64,000 nucleotides of DNA from Nitrosopumilus sp. (GTDB taxonomy: Archaea > Thermoproteota > Nitrososphaeria > Nitrososphaerales > Nitrosopumilaceae). A program made the translations under genes and the position numbers. The notes under the pieces were generated by a model that was given only the letters and a program-made list of their open reading frames with translations, did no database searches and had not been told where the DNA came from. The stretch is taken from the NCBI GenBank assembly GCA_965249555.1, contig OZ252243.1, positions 352,001 to 416,000 on the forward strand, read 5' to 3'. Shown here in pieces: positions 1-8,490 of the stretch. The stretch's first letter is position 1; each line of letters begins with the position of its first letter.

Positions 1-166
1 GGTTACAAATATTCTACGTGTCAAAAATCAGAATATACGATCTGATTTTTAGTTTTCTCATAGTTTTACACCTATATTGGTCAGAAATCTTTTATCAGCG
101 ATCAAATTCTATTACTGTAGAATGTTAAGAACTTTTAAGAAAATGTCAAAAATGAGGCAAAAACAG

Positions 167-613
167 ATGATAAAAACTAAATCCATTTACAAACCCGTCG
201 AGGAAGAAGATGGACTTCGAGTGTTGATTACTAGATGGTATCCAAGAGGAGTCAAGAGAGAGAAATATGATATTTGGGTGCGAGAACTAGCTCCAAGTGC
301 CGAACTACTAAAAAGATATAAAAATTCTGAAATTGAATGGGCTGATTTTACATCTACTTTGTTATCCGAAATACAAGATAGCATGGACAGTATTGAGGCA
401 ATACATGCGTTACAAACCCGAAGCAATATGCAAGACATAACTTTACTCTGTCATGAAAAAGATGGATGTCCTTGTCACAGACACATGATTAGAGATTTGA
501 TTGAAGATCCTAGATTGTTGCAATCAAACTTTGTACCTGAAAATACTAATGATCAAAAACTTATTCCTATAACGATTCATGTTTCCGACAAGGAAACATT
601 GGTTATACCCTGA
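167..613 (+). CDS. DUF488 (YeaO-like) family protein; start moved from 77 to ATG 167
   Basis: Motifs IY-x5-DGLRVLITRWYPRGVK, WVRELAPSAELL and TLLCHE...CHR match DUF488. The 3' end overlaps the convergent ORF by 90 bp. Confidence 0.85.
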   Translation: MIKTKSIYKPVEEEDGLRVLITRWYPRGVKREKYDIWVRELAPSAELLKRYKNSEIEWADFTSTLLSEIQDSMDSIEAIHALQTRSNMQDITLLCHEKDGCPCHRHMIRDLIEDPRLLQSNFVPENTNDQKLIPITIHVSDKETLVIP

Positions 614-1306
614 TTCTCCTATGTGGAGATTATCCCATACTTGTTCCATATTTTTATTATTGCGAATCCATTCATAAACTCCCCATTCTAACACTCCTTG
701 TGTATGATGTCCTTTCTTGGCTCTACAGGTTGGACATTGATATGTAATTGTAGGACGAACTTCATAATTATTGATTGTAAGAAATGGATCTCTATTTTCT
801 AATGTAGTTTGTATTGTTGTATCTGTCTCTTTTCTTTTTTCTAATTGTTTGGAAACAATTTTTGGTACAATAATTCCCAGACTTAGTTTTTTGTCATTAA
901 TATCTTCAATACAACCGTATCCATAATTTGTTTTCAGTTCTTCAATTAATGCAACCCATTCTTTTCTTTCAAGTTTTCTCTTAACTTTGATTTTGTTTGA
1001 TAGTGTATCCCATTCAGATTTTGAACCCTGAATTTTCCAGCTTTCATCTCTGCTATCCTGTTTATTACGTTCAAGAGGAATTGAAATTATGTTCCAGCGT
1101 TTCATTGGAGAGCTTGGCGGTACTGGATAAATTCTAATCAAGCCATGTTCTTTTGAATATGCAACGGTACACACAGTTTTTCTATTATCGCTAATTTCAT
1201 CAGGTACAGCATTTCCAAGAACTATCAAATCTTCAAAATATTTTTTCTCTATTTCTTCACTACGTTCTATATCATCAAATTGTTTTAGACCATCTGCATC
1301 AGACAT
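524..1306 (-). CDS. Conserved hypothetical protein of the type usually found beside DUF488 genes (possible OB-fold, CxxC)
   Basis: 260-aa ORF with motifs TVCTVAY...IRIYPVP, DSRDESWK, SLGII, CPTC, EWG and FLVGNM..Y...FLIISIF. Family link is from recall. Confidence 0.6.
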   Translation of the reverse strand: MSDADGLKQFDDIERSEEIEKKYFEDLIVLGNAVPDEISDNRKTVCTVAYSKEHGLIRIYPVPPSSPMKRWNIISIPLERNKQDSRDESWKIQGSKSEWDTLSNKIKVKRKLERKEWVALIEELKTNYGYGCIEDINDKKLSLGIIVPKIVSKQLEKRKETDTTIQTTLENRDPFLTINNYEVRPTITYQCPTCRAKKGHHTQGVLEWGVYEWIRNNKNMEQVWDNLHIGESGYNQCFLVGNMNRYRNKFLIISIFRYKV

Positions 1307-1350
1307 ATTATTATCTGATCTGATAATGAGTTGTAATATTTAACAACATA

Positions 1351-1758
1351 TCATAGATGAGAAATTCTCCAAATAATCCCTTTAATTTCACGAAATCTTT
1401 TCAAGCCAATATCTTTTTCCATTTGCTTCACCCATTTGTTATTTGGAACTATTTGTTCCAAGCCTAATTTGGTTCTTATTTCAGTCCATGTCATTCCATC
1501 ATCATTATACTGTAAGACATCTTTGATTTTATCACGAAATTCTACATACGACATTTTTAGCTCCTTGTATTTGAGTTTTTTTTCTTTAGATGGTTTTGCA
1601 ATAAAATTAATTACAATTCTATCCCCTATATTCACTACATCTAACTCAGAGCCTGCTTCCCAATCCAATTCTTGAATTATTTCTTCAGGCAGAGTTATCA
1701 CATACTTGAATTGCTCTTTGTCTCCATACTTGTATGCCAAAACCTTTTGGAGTTTCAT
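1351..1758 (-). CDS. AbrB/MazE/SpoVT-type DNA-binding protein with C-terminal HTH-like domain
   Basis: N-terminal KYVITLPEEIIQELDWEAGSELDV is a swapped-hairpin signature. C-terminal GMTWTEIRTKLGL looks like an HTH. Confidence 0.7.
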   Translation of the reverse strand: MKLQKVLAYKYGDKEQFKYVITLPEEIIQELDWEAGSELDVVNIGDRIVINFIAKPSKEKKLKYKELKMSYVEFRDKIKDVLQYNDDGMTWTEIRTKLGLEQIVPNNKWVKQMEKDIGLKRFREIKGIIWRISHL

Positions 1759-1789
1759 ATCTTTGTTATTGAAATATGTGTATTATAAG

Positions 1790-1860
1790 TTATGGTACCA
1801 CAATGTATAAATAATTATGGTACCATAACCTAAACATAATGAAAGAAAGTGGTACCATAA
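1790..1860. promoter_or_regulatory. Three palindromic operator-like sites (consensus TTATGGTACCATAA) at the divergent AbrB/transposase promoter
   Basis: TTATGGTACCACAA at 1790-1803, perfect TTATGGTACCATAA at 1815-1828, AAGTGGTACCATAA at 1847-1860. Confidence 0.65.
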
Positions 1861-3195
1861 AATATAATCACAGAAAACAAAAAGGAATACAGATTGTATC
1901 AGAAAAGAACATCAAAAAAATTACCGCTAATCATTATTTAGTAGAATCACAATCTCAAGACAAAACATACCATGTAAGAAAATTGTCAGCTTCTGATGTA
2001 TGGATTTGCGAATGTGTTGATTTTCATTACAGGTTGAGAACACAAGATAATAAAAACTGCAAGCACATAATCAGTTGTCAAATCTTACAAAATACAATCA
2101 AGAAAGAAAAGAAAATTGAGATAGTAAATTCAGATACAGTAAAGGCATGTCCACAGTACCACAATCAAAAAGAATGGATTTAGAAAACTCAAGGATCAAG
2201 TAAAGAGACAAAGATACTGTTGTAATCAGTGTAATTACAAATTCGTGCTAAATGATTCTAGTTTTCTTAACATGAGGGTTAATCCACAAATAATCACAGA
2301 ATGTCTTAATTTGGTGATGAGTGGAATGTCATATCGTAACATTGCTAGACATGTTTATGCTACACATCAAGTAAAGATTAGTCACGTATCAATAAAGAGA
2401 TGGATAGAAAAATACACATACGTTATCAAGGAATATGTGGAATCATTTTATCCTCAAGTCAGTGATGTTTGGTATTTAGATGAGATGGTTCTAAATGTAA
2501 AAAATACAAAAAAGACAGGTAAGGGATTTCATGACTGGTTATGGAGCATCATTGATCCTAAAACTAGATTCCTCATTGCTACAGAAGTATCAAAGAGACG
2601 TGAAATTAATGATGCAAAGAAAATCATTACATCTGCGAAGAGACTGACAATCAATGATCCAAATTATATTTTGACTGATTCTCTAAACTCTTACCAAAAG
2701 CCAATACGAGATGAATTTGAGAACAGGGTCGCACATATCAAGACAAAATCACTAAAGAATGGATTTGTGAATAGGTCTATTGAGAGATACCACAATGAAA
2801 TTAGAGAACGACTAAAAGCTAGACGTGGTTTGGGTAATGATAAATCCGCACAAACATTCTCAGAACTCCTAAAGATAAATCATAATTTTGTCAAACCACA
2901 TCAAGGACTAGATGGCAAGACTCCTACACAAGCTGCAAATATAGATTTGAATCTAGGTGATAACAAATATCTTGACTTGATAAAACAAGCTGGAAGAAAA
3001 CCAAACTTTGTAAATAATTTGGGAAAGAGAGTTAAGAAAGTCACTATTGTTAATGAAGGTGACTCTATCAAGGTTACACCTACAAGATGGATTGACAAAC
3101 ATATCTGGAGAGAAATAAATGATATTCTAAGACTACATGAGTTTAGTTGGTTATCAAATGGTAAAGATAGTTGTTAGATGAAACTTTTATCTTAA
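1839..3195 (+). pseudogene. IS6-family (DDE_Tnp_IS240-like) transposase with N-terminal SWIM and Zn-ribbon domains, frameshifted
   Basis: SWIM motif CECVDF...CKHI. Frame break at ~2151 (CP|HSTTIKKNGFR...RYCCNQC). DDE core WYLDE, WLWSIID..TRFLIA, LTDSL, NRSIERYH, HNFVKPH. Probable premature TAG at 3175-3177. Confidence 0.8.
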
Positions 3196-3225
3196 TTTTT
3201 TACATTCAAATTGTAAAGTATTGGT

Positions 3226-3483
3226 TTATTCCTTTTGTACCAACCAATCTTTGATGATTGCAGTTGCCTTGCAATCATCTCTGTTGTAATCTAATATCAA
3301 ATCCAACTTGTCTTTGTTGGAGTTTGGTTTCTGAATATATTGATGGTATAGATTAATTGAGTTAAGTGTATTGACTTCTTGTTTGTGTTTCCACTCAAAA
3401 CCCATCCATTTTGCTATTGATTTTATACTTGTATTAGGTAGTTTATTAGTAATTGATTGAATATCTTTTGGTTGAAAAACCAT
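3226..3483 (-). pseudogene. C-terminal fragment of a TM0106/RNase H-like (RNase_H_2) nuclease
   Basis: SIKSIAKWMGFEW...ILDYNRDDCKAT is the C-terminal motif of this family. The N-terminal catalytic part is absent. Confidence 0.65.
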
Positions 3484-3676
3484 ATTTCACTTTAAGTAAT
3501 TTGAGAATCATTTTGTATTGAGCAGGAATTTTTATGTCTGTTTTTAGATTATCAAACGTGTTGATTACGACATATTGGCTTGAAACCATGTTAGAAGTTA
3601 GCTACCTTGATAAATAAAAATAGCGAAATTCACGCATGGAATAATTGTTATATGAGTTAATTAGGATTATTTCAAA

Positions 3677-3967
3677 TTGCAAAAAATTGATTATGAAGGA
3701 AAAGTTTGGGTATTAAATTATAATAATCCTCAACCACTATTAGAGCATACTCTTCACATGCTAGAAAAACACGGAGTTAAGCGTGAAGATATGATAATAA
3801 CTGAAACTCCAACTGCAAAAGTAGGCGCAATAGTAGTTGAGATTTGGCCATATGAGCTTGTCATAGCAAGAGTTAGAACAACTCGCAATGATTCATTTAT
3901 CAGCGGTACTGAATTTACAATTGAACTAAAATTAGATGAAGACGGGAATTATATAGATTATCTTTGA
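3677..3967 (+). CDS. Hypothetical protein
   Basis: 96-aa ORF with host-like codon use, overlapping the next gene by 4 bp. Confidence 0.7.
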   Translation: MQKIDYEGKVWVLNYNNPQPLLEHTLHMLEKHGVKREDMIITETPTAKVGAIVVEIWPYELVIARVRTTRNDSFISGTEFTIELKLDEDGNYIDYL

Positions 3968-4653
3968 AAAAAAAGAAAATTCAAAATATCGCAATTGTTG
4001 TAATAGTTATTCTCATCATTGGATCAATTATAGCATACAATTATTCAGCAGATCAAACCAAACAAAAAGGGTTACAGTTTGGAATTGGGCTAGACCAAAT
4101 TCAAGAAGATGTAAATCAGTTGCAGATAAAATTTTATTCTGAGAAAAATAGTTGGGAAGAAGGAGACATTTCAAAAGAAGAATTGTTGGGATTTTATGAA
4201 AAACATTTAATGGAATTTAAAGAGATAATCTCCAGATATGATGAATTAACTCCACCAGAACTCTTCAAGAGTTCAGTTGAATTGTTAAAGATCTCGTCTG
4301 AAACTCAGTTAGAAAGTGACTCAGAATACATTGAATGGATAAAAACAGGAGATGAATCAGCTAAAGTAAGATCAGACACGCAATTTCAAGAATCTTTAGA
4401 ATATGAAATGTTAGGACTAGTTGAATTCTATTCAGCTAAAACAGGTGTAAAAAATTATGAGGAATCAGAAAAATTCAAAGCACCGCAAATAGGTTTAACA
4501 CAAAAAGTCATTCAAGTATCAGAGAATATGAAAAAACAATGTGAAAAAGAATTTAGAAATGAGTTAGGAGAATTTGATTCAGATAAAATAGAGATTGATT
4601 GGTTCAATTGTATCAATGAGGCTGAAGAATGGGAGATTGAGCACCTTCCTTAA
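3964..4653 (+). CDS. Membrane-anchored hypothetical protein
   Basis: Basic N-terminus plus hydrophobic helix, then an acidic helical domain. Confidence 0.75.
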   Translation: MKKKKIQNIAIVVIVILIIGSIIAYNYSADQTKQKGLQFGIGLDQIQEDVNQLQIKFYSEKNSWEEGDISKEELLGFYEKHLMEFKEIISRYDELTPPELFKSSVELLKISSETQLESDSEYIEWIKTGDESAKVRSDTQFQESLEYEMLGLVEFYSAKTGVKNYEESEKFKAPQIGLTQKVIQVSENMKKQCEKEFRNELGEFDSDKIEIDWFNCINEAEEWEIEHLP

Positions 4654-4687
4654 CTGCAGAAATTTTTATCCCAGAGTACTTTGTGTT

Positions 4688-4813
4688 TTAATTATTTTCA
4701 ATTATGTTCAATAGTTCATTTATAGAAATAGGTTTGAAGACAATTTTACGTAAGTTATAGATCTCTAATGTGTTTAGTTCTTTGTCAGAAATAATTGCGG
4801 CAGTGAGAGCCAT
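4688..4813 (-). pseudogene. C-terminal remnant of a response-regulator receiver domain
   Basis: Manual translation MALTAAIISDKELNTLEIYNLRKIVFKPISINELLNIIENN* contains the LTA and KP receiver motifs. Confidence 0.5.
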
Positions 4814-5123
4814 TTGGAATTCTAATCAATGAGAATTTGGAACTTGAAAACGGTTTGAAATCTTTCTGGCATTTTGTGCATCTCATTCTGTCTCTGCTTT
4901 TCATGATATAGAGATCTTTGTTTTTGCAGAAAATGCAGGAAAGATCCTCAGTATATCTTAATTCTAGGAATTACACTAACTATGATTCAAGTCTGATCAG
5001 AATATTACGGAAATATTCTCTAAACCTAATTCTATTCCATGATTTGGATGGATCTAAAGTCCTTTAGGCATTCTAGTTTTATTATGTTTGAATAGTTAAT
5101 AATAATTGTGAAATTATTTATGC

Positions 5124-5381
5124 CTATTTTTTGAGCATTTTATTTTTCATTCTCACATTGTTTATGTTTTCAATAATTCTAAAAATACCATAACAACATA
5201 ATCCAAAAATAACAAACACCAGTGAAATTCGAAGATAATCAAATAATGTTAAAGTAATAAAATCATCAAAACTAAGTTCAAATATTTTTTTAAATATTAA
5301 TCCGTCTTGGAAAGCAATTACAAATAACACTAGGATTAGAACAATTTTAAAAAAAAGAGAGGTTAGTTGATAATATGCCAA
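5124..5381 (-). CDS. Small two-TM hypothetical protein
   Basis: 85-aa ORF with two hydrophobic segments in very AT-rich DNA. Confidence 0.4.
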   Translation of the reverse strand: MAYYQLTSLFFKIVLILVLFVIAFQDGLIFKKIFELSFDDFITLTLFDYLRISLVFVIFGLCCYGIFRIIENINNVRMKNKMLKK

Positions 5382-5575
5382 GTAAGAACATAATTACCCC
5401 ACCACCATACAGGCCATATATAACTCAACAACTCAGGATTTGGTTCTGGACTTTGAGAATTATATGTATATGTTCCAGTAACAAGACCTTGAGATCTTAG
5501 CTCACCATTATTACAACCAAATGCATTTACGTTTTTGGCATAATCATTTCCATGATGACCCCAAGTTTGTACCAA
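5363..5575 (-). pseudogene. Possible C-terminal gene remnant with a Trp-rich end
   Basis: Ends PELLSYIWPVWWWGNYVLTWH. The frame stays open upstream only to a TGA at 5615-5617. Confidence 0.3.
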
Positions 5576-6240
5576 AGGAGCTGTCTCGTGATGATTGTGT
5601 AAAATTATATCAGGTCATCCCAAATCTATCAAAGGCCGTATCTGTTGCAGAGAAAATCATTCCATTGGATCAGAAATTACGAAGAGAGTATCTCAAGGTT
5701 TTGAGTCATAGTCCAAAAACATCTCATCTCAAGTTGCTCAAGAAAGCAAAGAGTGGATTACAACAGAGAGTTACCATTTTGTTGAAGGGAAATGCCAAGA
5801 AGTTATAGTTTGGCTGTGAGGAAAGATATGGATGTTGCAGAGATTGCAGATGAGATATTTTCTGATTATTTGCAAGTAAATCTAGGCACAAATCATAACA
5901 ATACTGTAAATCAAATCATTGAAAACCACGTACTAAAATCCGCTTTAAACCAATGTTTGGATCATTTTCTGAGATGTAAACATGTTTTTTAGAAGTAAAT
6001 ATTTTTGAAAAAACATCAGTCATTTCAGAATTATCATCAATATGAAAAATTTGCATATTTTGATTAAATTTTCAGCATTTTATTATAATGTATGTCTAAT
6101 GTAAACACCAAGATTCTTTTAATTTTTGAATTCATAAACTAAATTAGAGAACAAATATACTAATTTGTGCCTGTACACAAATAAAAGAGTCAACAGTGCA
6201 TTGCAATAAACTTCTTTAAAGAATACAATGAAAGGGAATT

Positions 6241-6999
6241 ATGGAAAAAATTTTCATGATTGTAATTATTTTTGCTGGAATAACACCATTAGCATTTGGA
6301 GAAGTATTTATCCAAAATGATCAGCAATACATGGGAGATGATGGTGCACTTCATATTGTTGGTGAAATTAAAAATAATTTAGAAGTCCCATTAAACCAAA
6401 TTAATATTCATGTAACTTTACTTGATGAAAATAATCATATAATTGAAACAAAGGATACAAGTTCCCTAGTAAATGTAATCATGCCAGGAATGAAAGGTCC
6501 ATTTGATCTTGTTTTAACAAATGATGAAGCAAAAAAAACAAAATCATATGCACTGAAACTAGACTACAAGATTAGCCCTCCAAAAAATCAGGTCATAGAT
6601 ATTATCGAATCAGAGTTGTCCAGAGACAATTATAATAATTTGATGATAACTGGAACTGTCACCAACAAAGGAGACATTACAGCCAATACTGTGGCAGTGA
6701 TTGCTACACTTTACGACAAAGAAGGAAATGTTGCAGCAGTGTCTAGAGTTAATCCAGAACCAGATTACCTAAGAGCAGAGGATAGTGCATTCTTTGTAGT
6801 ACCAATTCCTGACAAAATTCAAACTAGTGAAATTAATGATTATACTTTGATTGCAGAATCAGAAGAATATGCAGCTGTTCCAGAATTTCCTGTAGGAACA
6901 CTTGTTTTGTTAGTTGGAGCATTATCAGTATATATCGGAATTACAAAATATTCAGGCAGAATCATAACAAACCTGATTTCTGCAGCAAATCTAAAGTAG
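6241..6999 (+). CDS. Secreted FxLYD-domain (Ig-like, two copies) protein with PEF-CTERM-type sorting signal
   Basis: Signal peptide; HIVGEIKNN..VTLLDEN and ITGTVTN..ATLYDKEG repeats; C-terminal VPEFP plus TM helix. Confidence 0.8.
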   Translation: MEKIFMIVIIFAGITPLAFGEVFIQNDQQYMGDDGALHIVGEIKNNLEVPLNQINIHVTLLDENNHIIETKDTSSLVNVIMPGMKGPFDLVLTNDEAKKTKSYALKLDYKISPPKNQVIDIIESELSRDNYNNLMITGTVTNKGDITANTVAVIATLYDKEGNVAAVSRVNPEPDYLRAEDSAFFVVPIPDKIQTSEINDYTLIAESEEYAAVPEFPVGTLVLLVGALSVYIGITKYSGRIITNLISAANLK

Positions 7000-7420
7000 G
7001 AAGAATTTCTTCCAATAATTTTGTTCTTTCTAGAGGTGTTGGTTTTGAGAATTTCATCTGAAAAGTAATGGTCAGCATATCTTGATCAGTATGAGATATT
7101 CTAATAGAGTGAACATTGCGATTGGTTTGAGATAAAAAATTTTTCCATTTTTGTAAATGTCCAGTTACTCGAATTACATTTTGTTCCACTTCAGAAATAC
7201 TAGTATTCAAATCAGTATCAAATAATCTAAACTTGACAAGAGGAACCATAATCAACCCACCTGAAATTTTGTCATGGTTTTTTAACATGGATAAAATAAT
7301 TTCTTCAGAATTTTCTTTTGGATGTAAATCACCATAGTCAGGATCAAAATACCCTGCAATCAACTTTTTAGAATCATATATATGAAAAAAATTTTCTTCT
7401 GATTCTAATTTCCACAACAT
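6962..7420 (-). CDS. Hypothetical protein
   Basis: 152-aa ORF with host-like composition. Confidence 0.7.
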   Translation of the reverse strand: MLWKLESEENFFHIYDSKKLIAGYFDPDYGDLHPKENSEEIILSMLKNHDKISGGLIMVPLVKFRLFDTDLNTSISEVEQNVIRVTGHLQKWKNFLSQTNRNVHSIRISHTDQDMLTITFQMKFSKPTPLERTKLLEEILPTLDLLQKSGLL

Positions 7421-7494
7421 TTAGAGAATAATTCATGAATAAATAAACGATTAATCAAAGACAATTAAATAAACTAGGGAAAGGAGAAAAAGTC

Positions 7495-7842
7495 ATGATA
7501 ATTTCTAAAGAGAATAAAGATTTCATTGATAGTTTAATTGACTATTACATTAGTGAATCAGAATCATATAGACAGATTGCAGAGAATTTTGTACCGGAGA
7601 TAGAATCTGTCCCAGACACAGCATTTGGAATTATCACAGGATGTGTATATTCTGGATTTTTGCAAGCATACCAAAACCAACAACAAACTCCAGGTTTAGA
7701 AGATATGCAAGAATTCAATCAAATAATTAAAGAACGTGCCCCTCTAATCAAAAAAGCCTTACTTGATCCATCTAAGTTGCAAAGTAATGAAAAAGAATCA
7801 GAAAACAAGGATGATCAAGATTCAACAGAAAATGATGCATGA
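7495..7842 (+). CDS. Hypothetical protein
   Basis: 115-aa ORF preceded by AGGAG and a TATA-like element. Confidence 0.75.
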   Translation: MIISKENKDFIDSLIDYYISESESYRQIAENFVPEIESVPDTAFGIITGCVYSGFLQAYQNQQQTPGLEDMQEFNQIIKERAPLIKKALLDPSKLQSNEKESENKDDQDSTENDA

Positions 7843-7849
7843 TTTTTAA

Positions 7850-7939
7850 TTAGAAAGAGTGTCCAATTGGACACCCTTCTGTTGGATATGGTCGTATTAT
7901 CGCAGGTATTTGAATACAGTATAGTTGGCTTGCGATAAC
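7850..7939 (-). ncRNA. Candidate ~90-nt two-hairpin small RNA
   Basis: 5' stem GUUAUCGCA/UGCGAUAAU and 3' stem GAAGGGUGUCC-AAUU-GGACACUCUUU, with G-U pairs on the minus strand. TTTTAA lies ~25 nt upstream on the minus strand. Confidence 0.45.
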
Positions 7940-8045
7940 AAAAATTTGGAATTATCGGTTAAAACATTTACGTAGAAATCAGCAGTAAAATGATTTTCAA
8001 AAAATAATAGTTACAGTTTAATGGTATTTGAGAGAAATGGGAACT

Positions 8046-8138
8046 ATGAAGGTAGATGGGAGTAAAATCATCTTTGGACTAGGAGTGTCCTCAGCTGTAG
8101 CAATAGCTGCATTTGCACTATATTTCTCAATTCGTTAA
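8046..8138 (+). CDS. 30-aa single-TM small protein (not in the ORF track)
   Basis: MKVDGSKIIFGLGVSSAVAIAAFALYFSIR*. Confidence 0.5.
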   Translation: MKVDGSKIIFGLGVSSAVAIAAFALYFSIR

Positions 8139-8169
8139 AGATAAATCATTAAGAAAATCAAACAAAGCA

Positions 8170-8490
8170 TTGTCAGCAACAAATGAATTCAAAATTACAC
8201 AGATTGTAGATAATGGTAATATGATTCAATTGACATTAATTGAAAATGTTTCAACTGAGCCAATTTCACAAAAACAAATGATCATAGAAAATGTTTCAAA
8301 AAAGCTTGATTCAGAAACCAAAGAGCAAGTTATGCCATTACTTGAAGCAATATTGCAATCTCAACCAACTGTCAATATCAAAACATATCAACAAACACAA
8401 ATTACAATAGCAATGCCAAAATCAAGATATGACCATATGGGAAGGCCTAAAGTTGGAAATACAATTGAGATAGATATGAAAAAAATCTAA
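8170..8490 (+). CDS. Hypothetical protein; start moved from 8113 to TTG 8170
   Basis: Open frame. The upstream part of the track ORF overlaps the small TM ORF. Confidence 0.7.
   Translation: MSATNEFKITQIVDNGNMIQLTLIENVSTEPISQKQMIIENVSKKLDSETKEQVMPLLEAILQSQPTVNIKTYQQTQITIAMPKSRYDHMGRPKVGNTIEIDMKKI

Noticed and set aside
2148-2245. Programmed ribosomal frameshift in the IS6-like transposase
   Set aside because: Joining the frames needs +1 rather than the usual -1, and a Cys of the Zn ribbon is missing, which fits a deletion better.
5521-5992. Two plus-strand ORFs of 95 and 66 aa
   Set aside because: No recognisable motifs, and the first overlaps a competing minus-strand fragment, so coding status cannot be supported.
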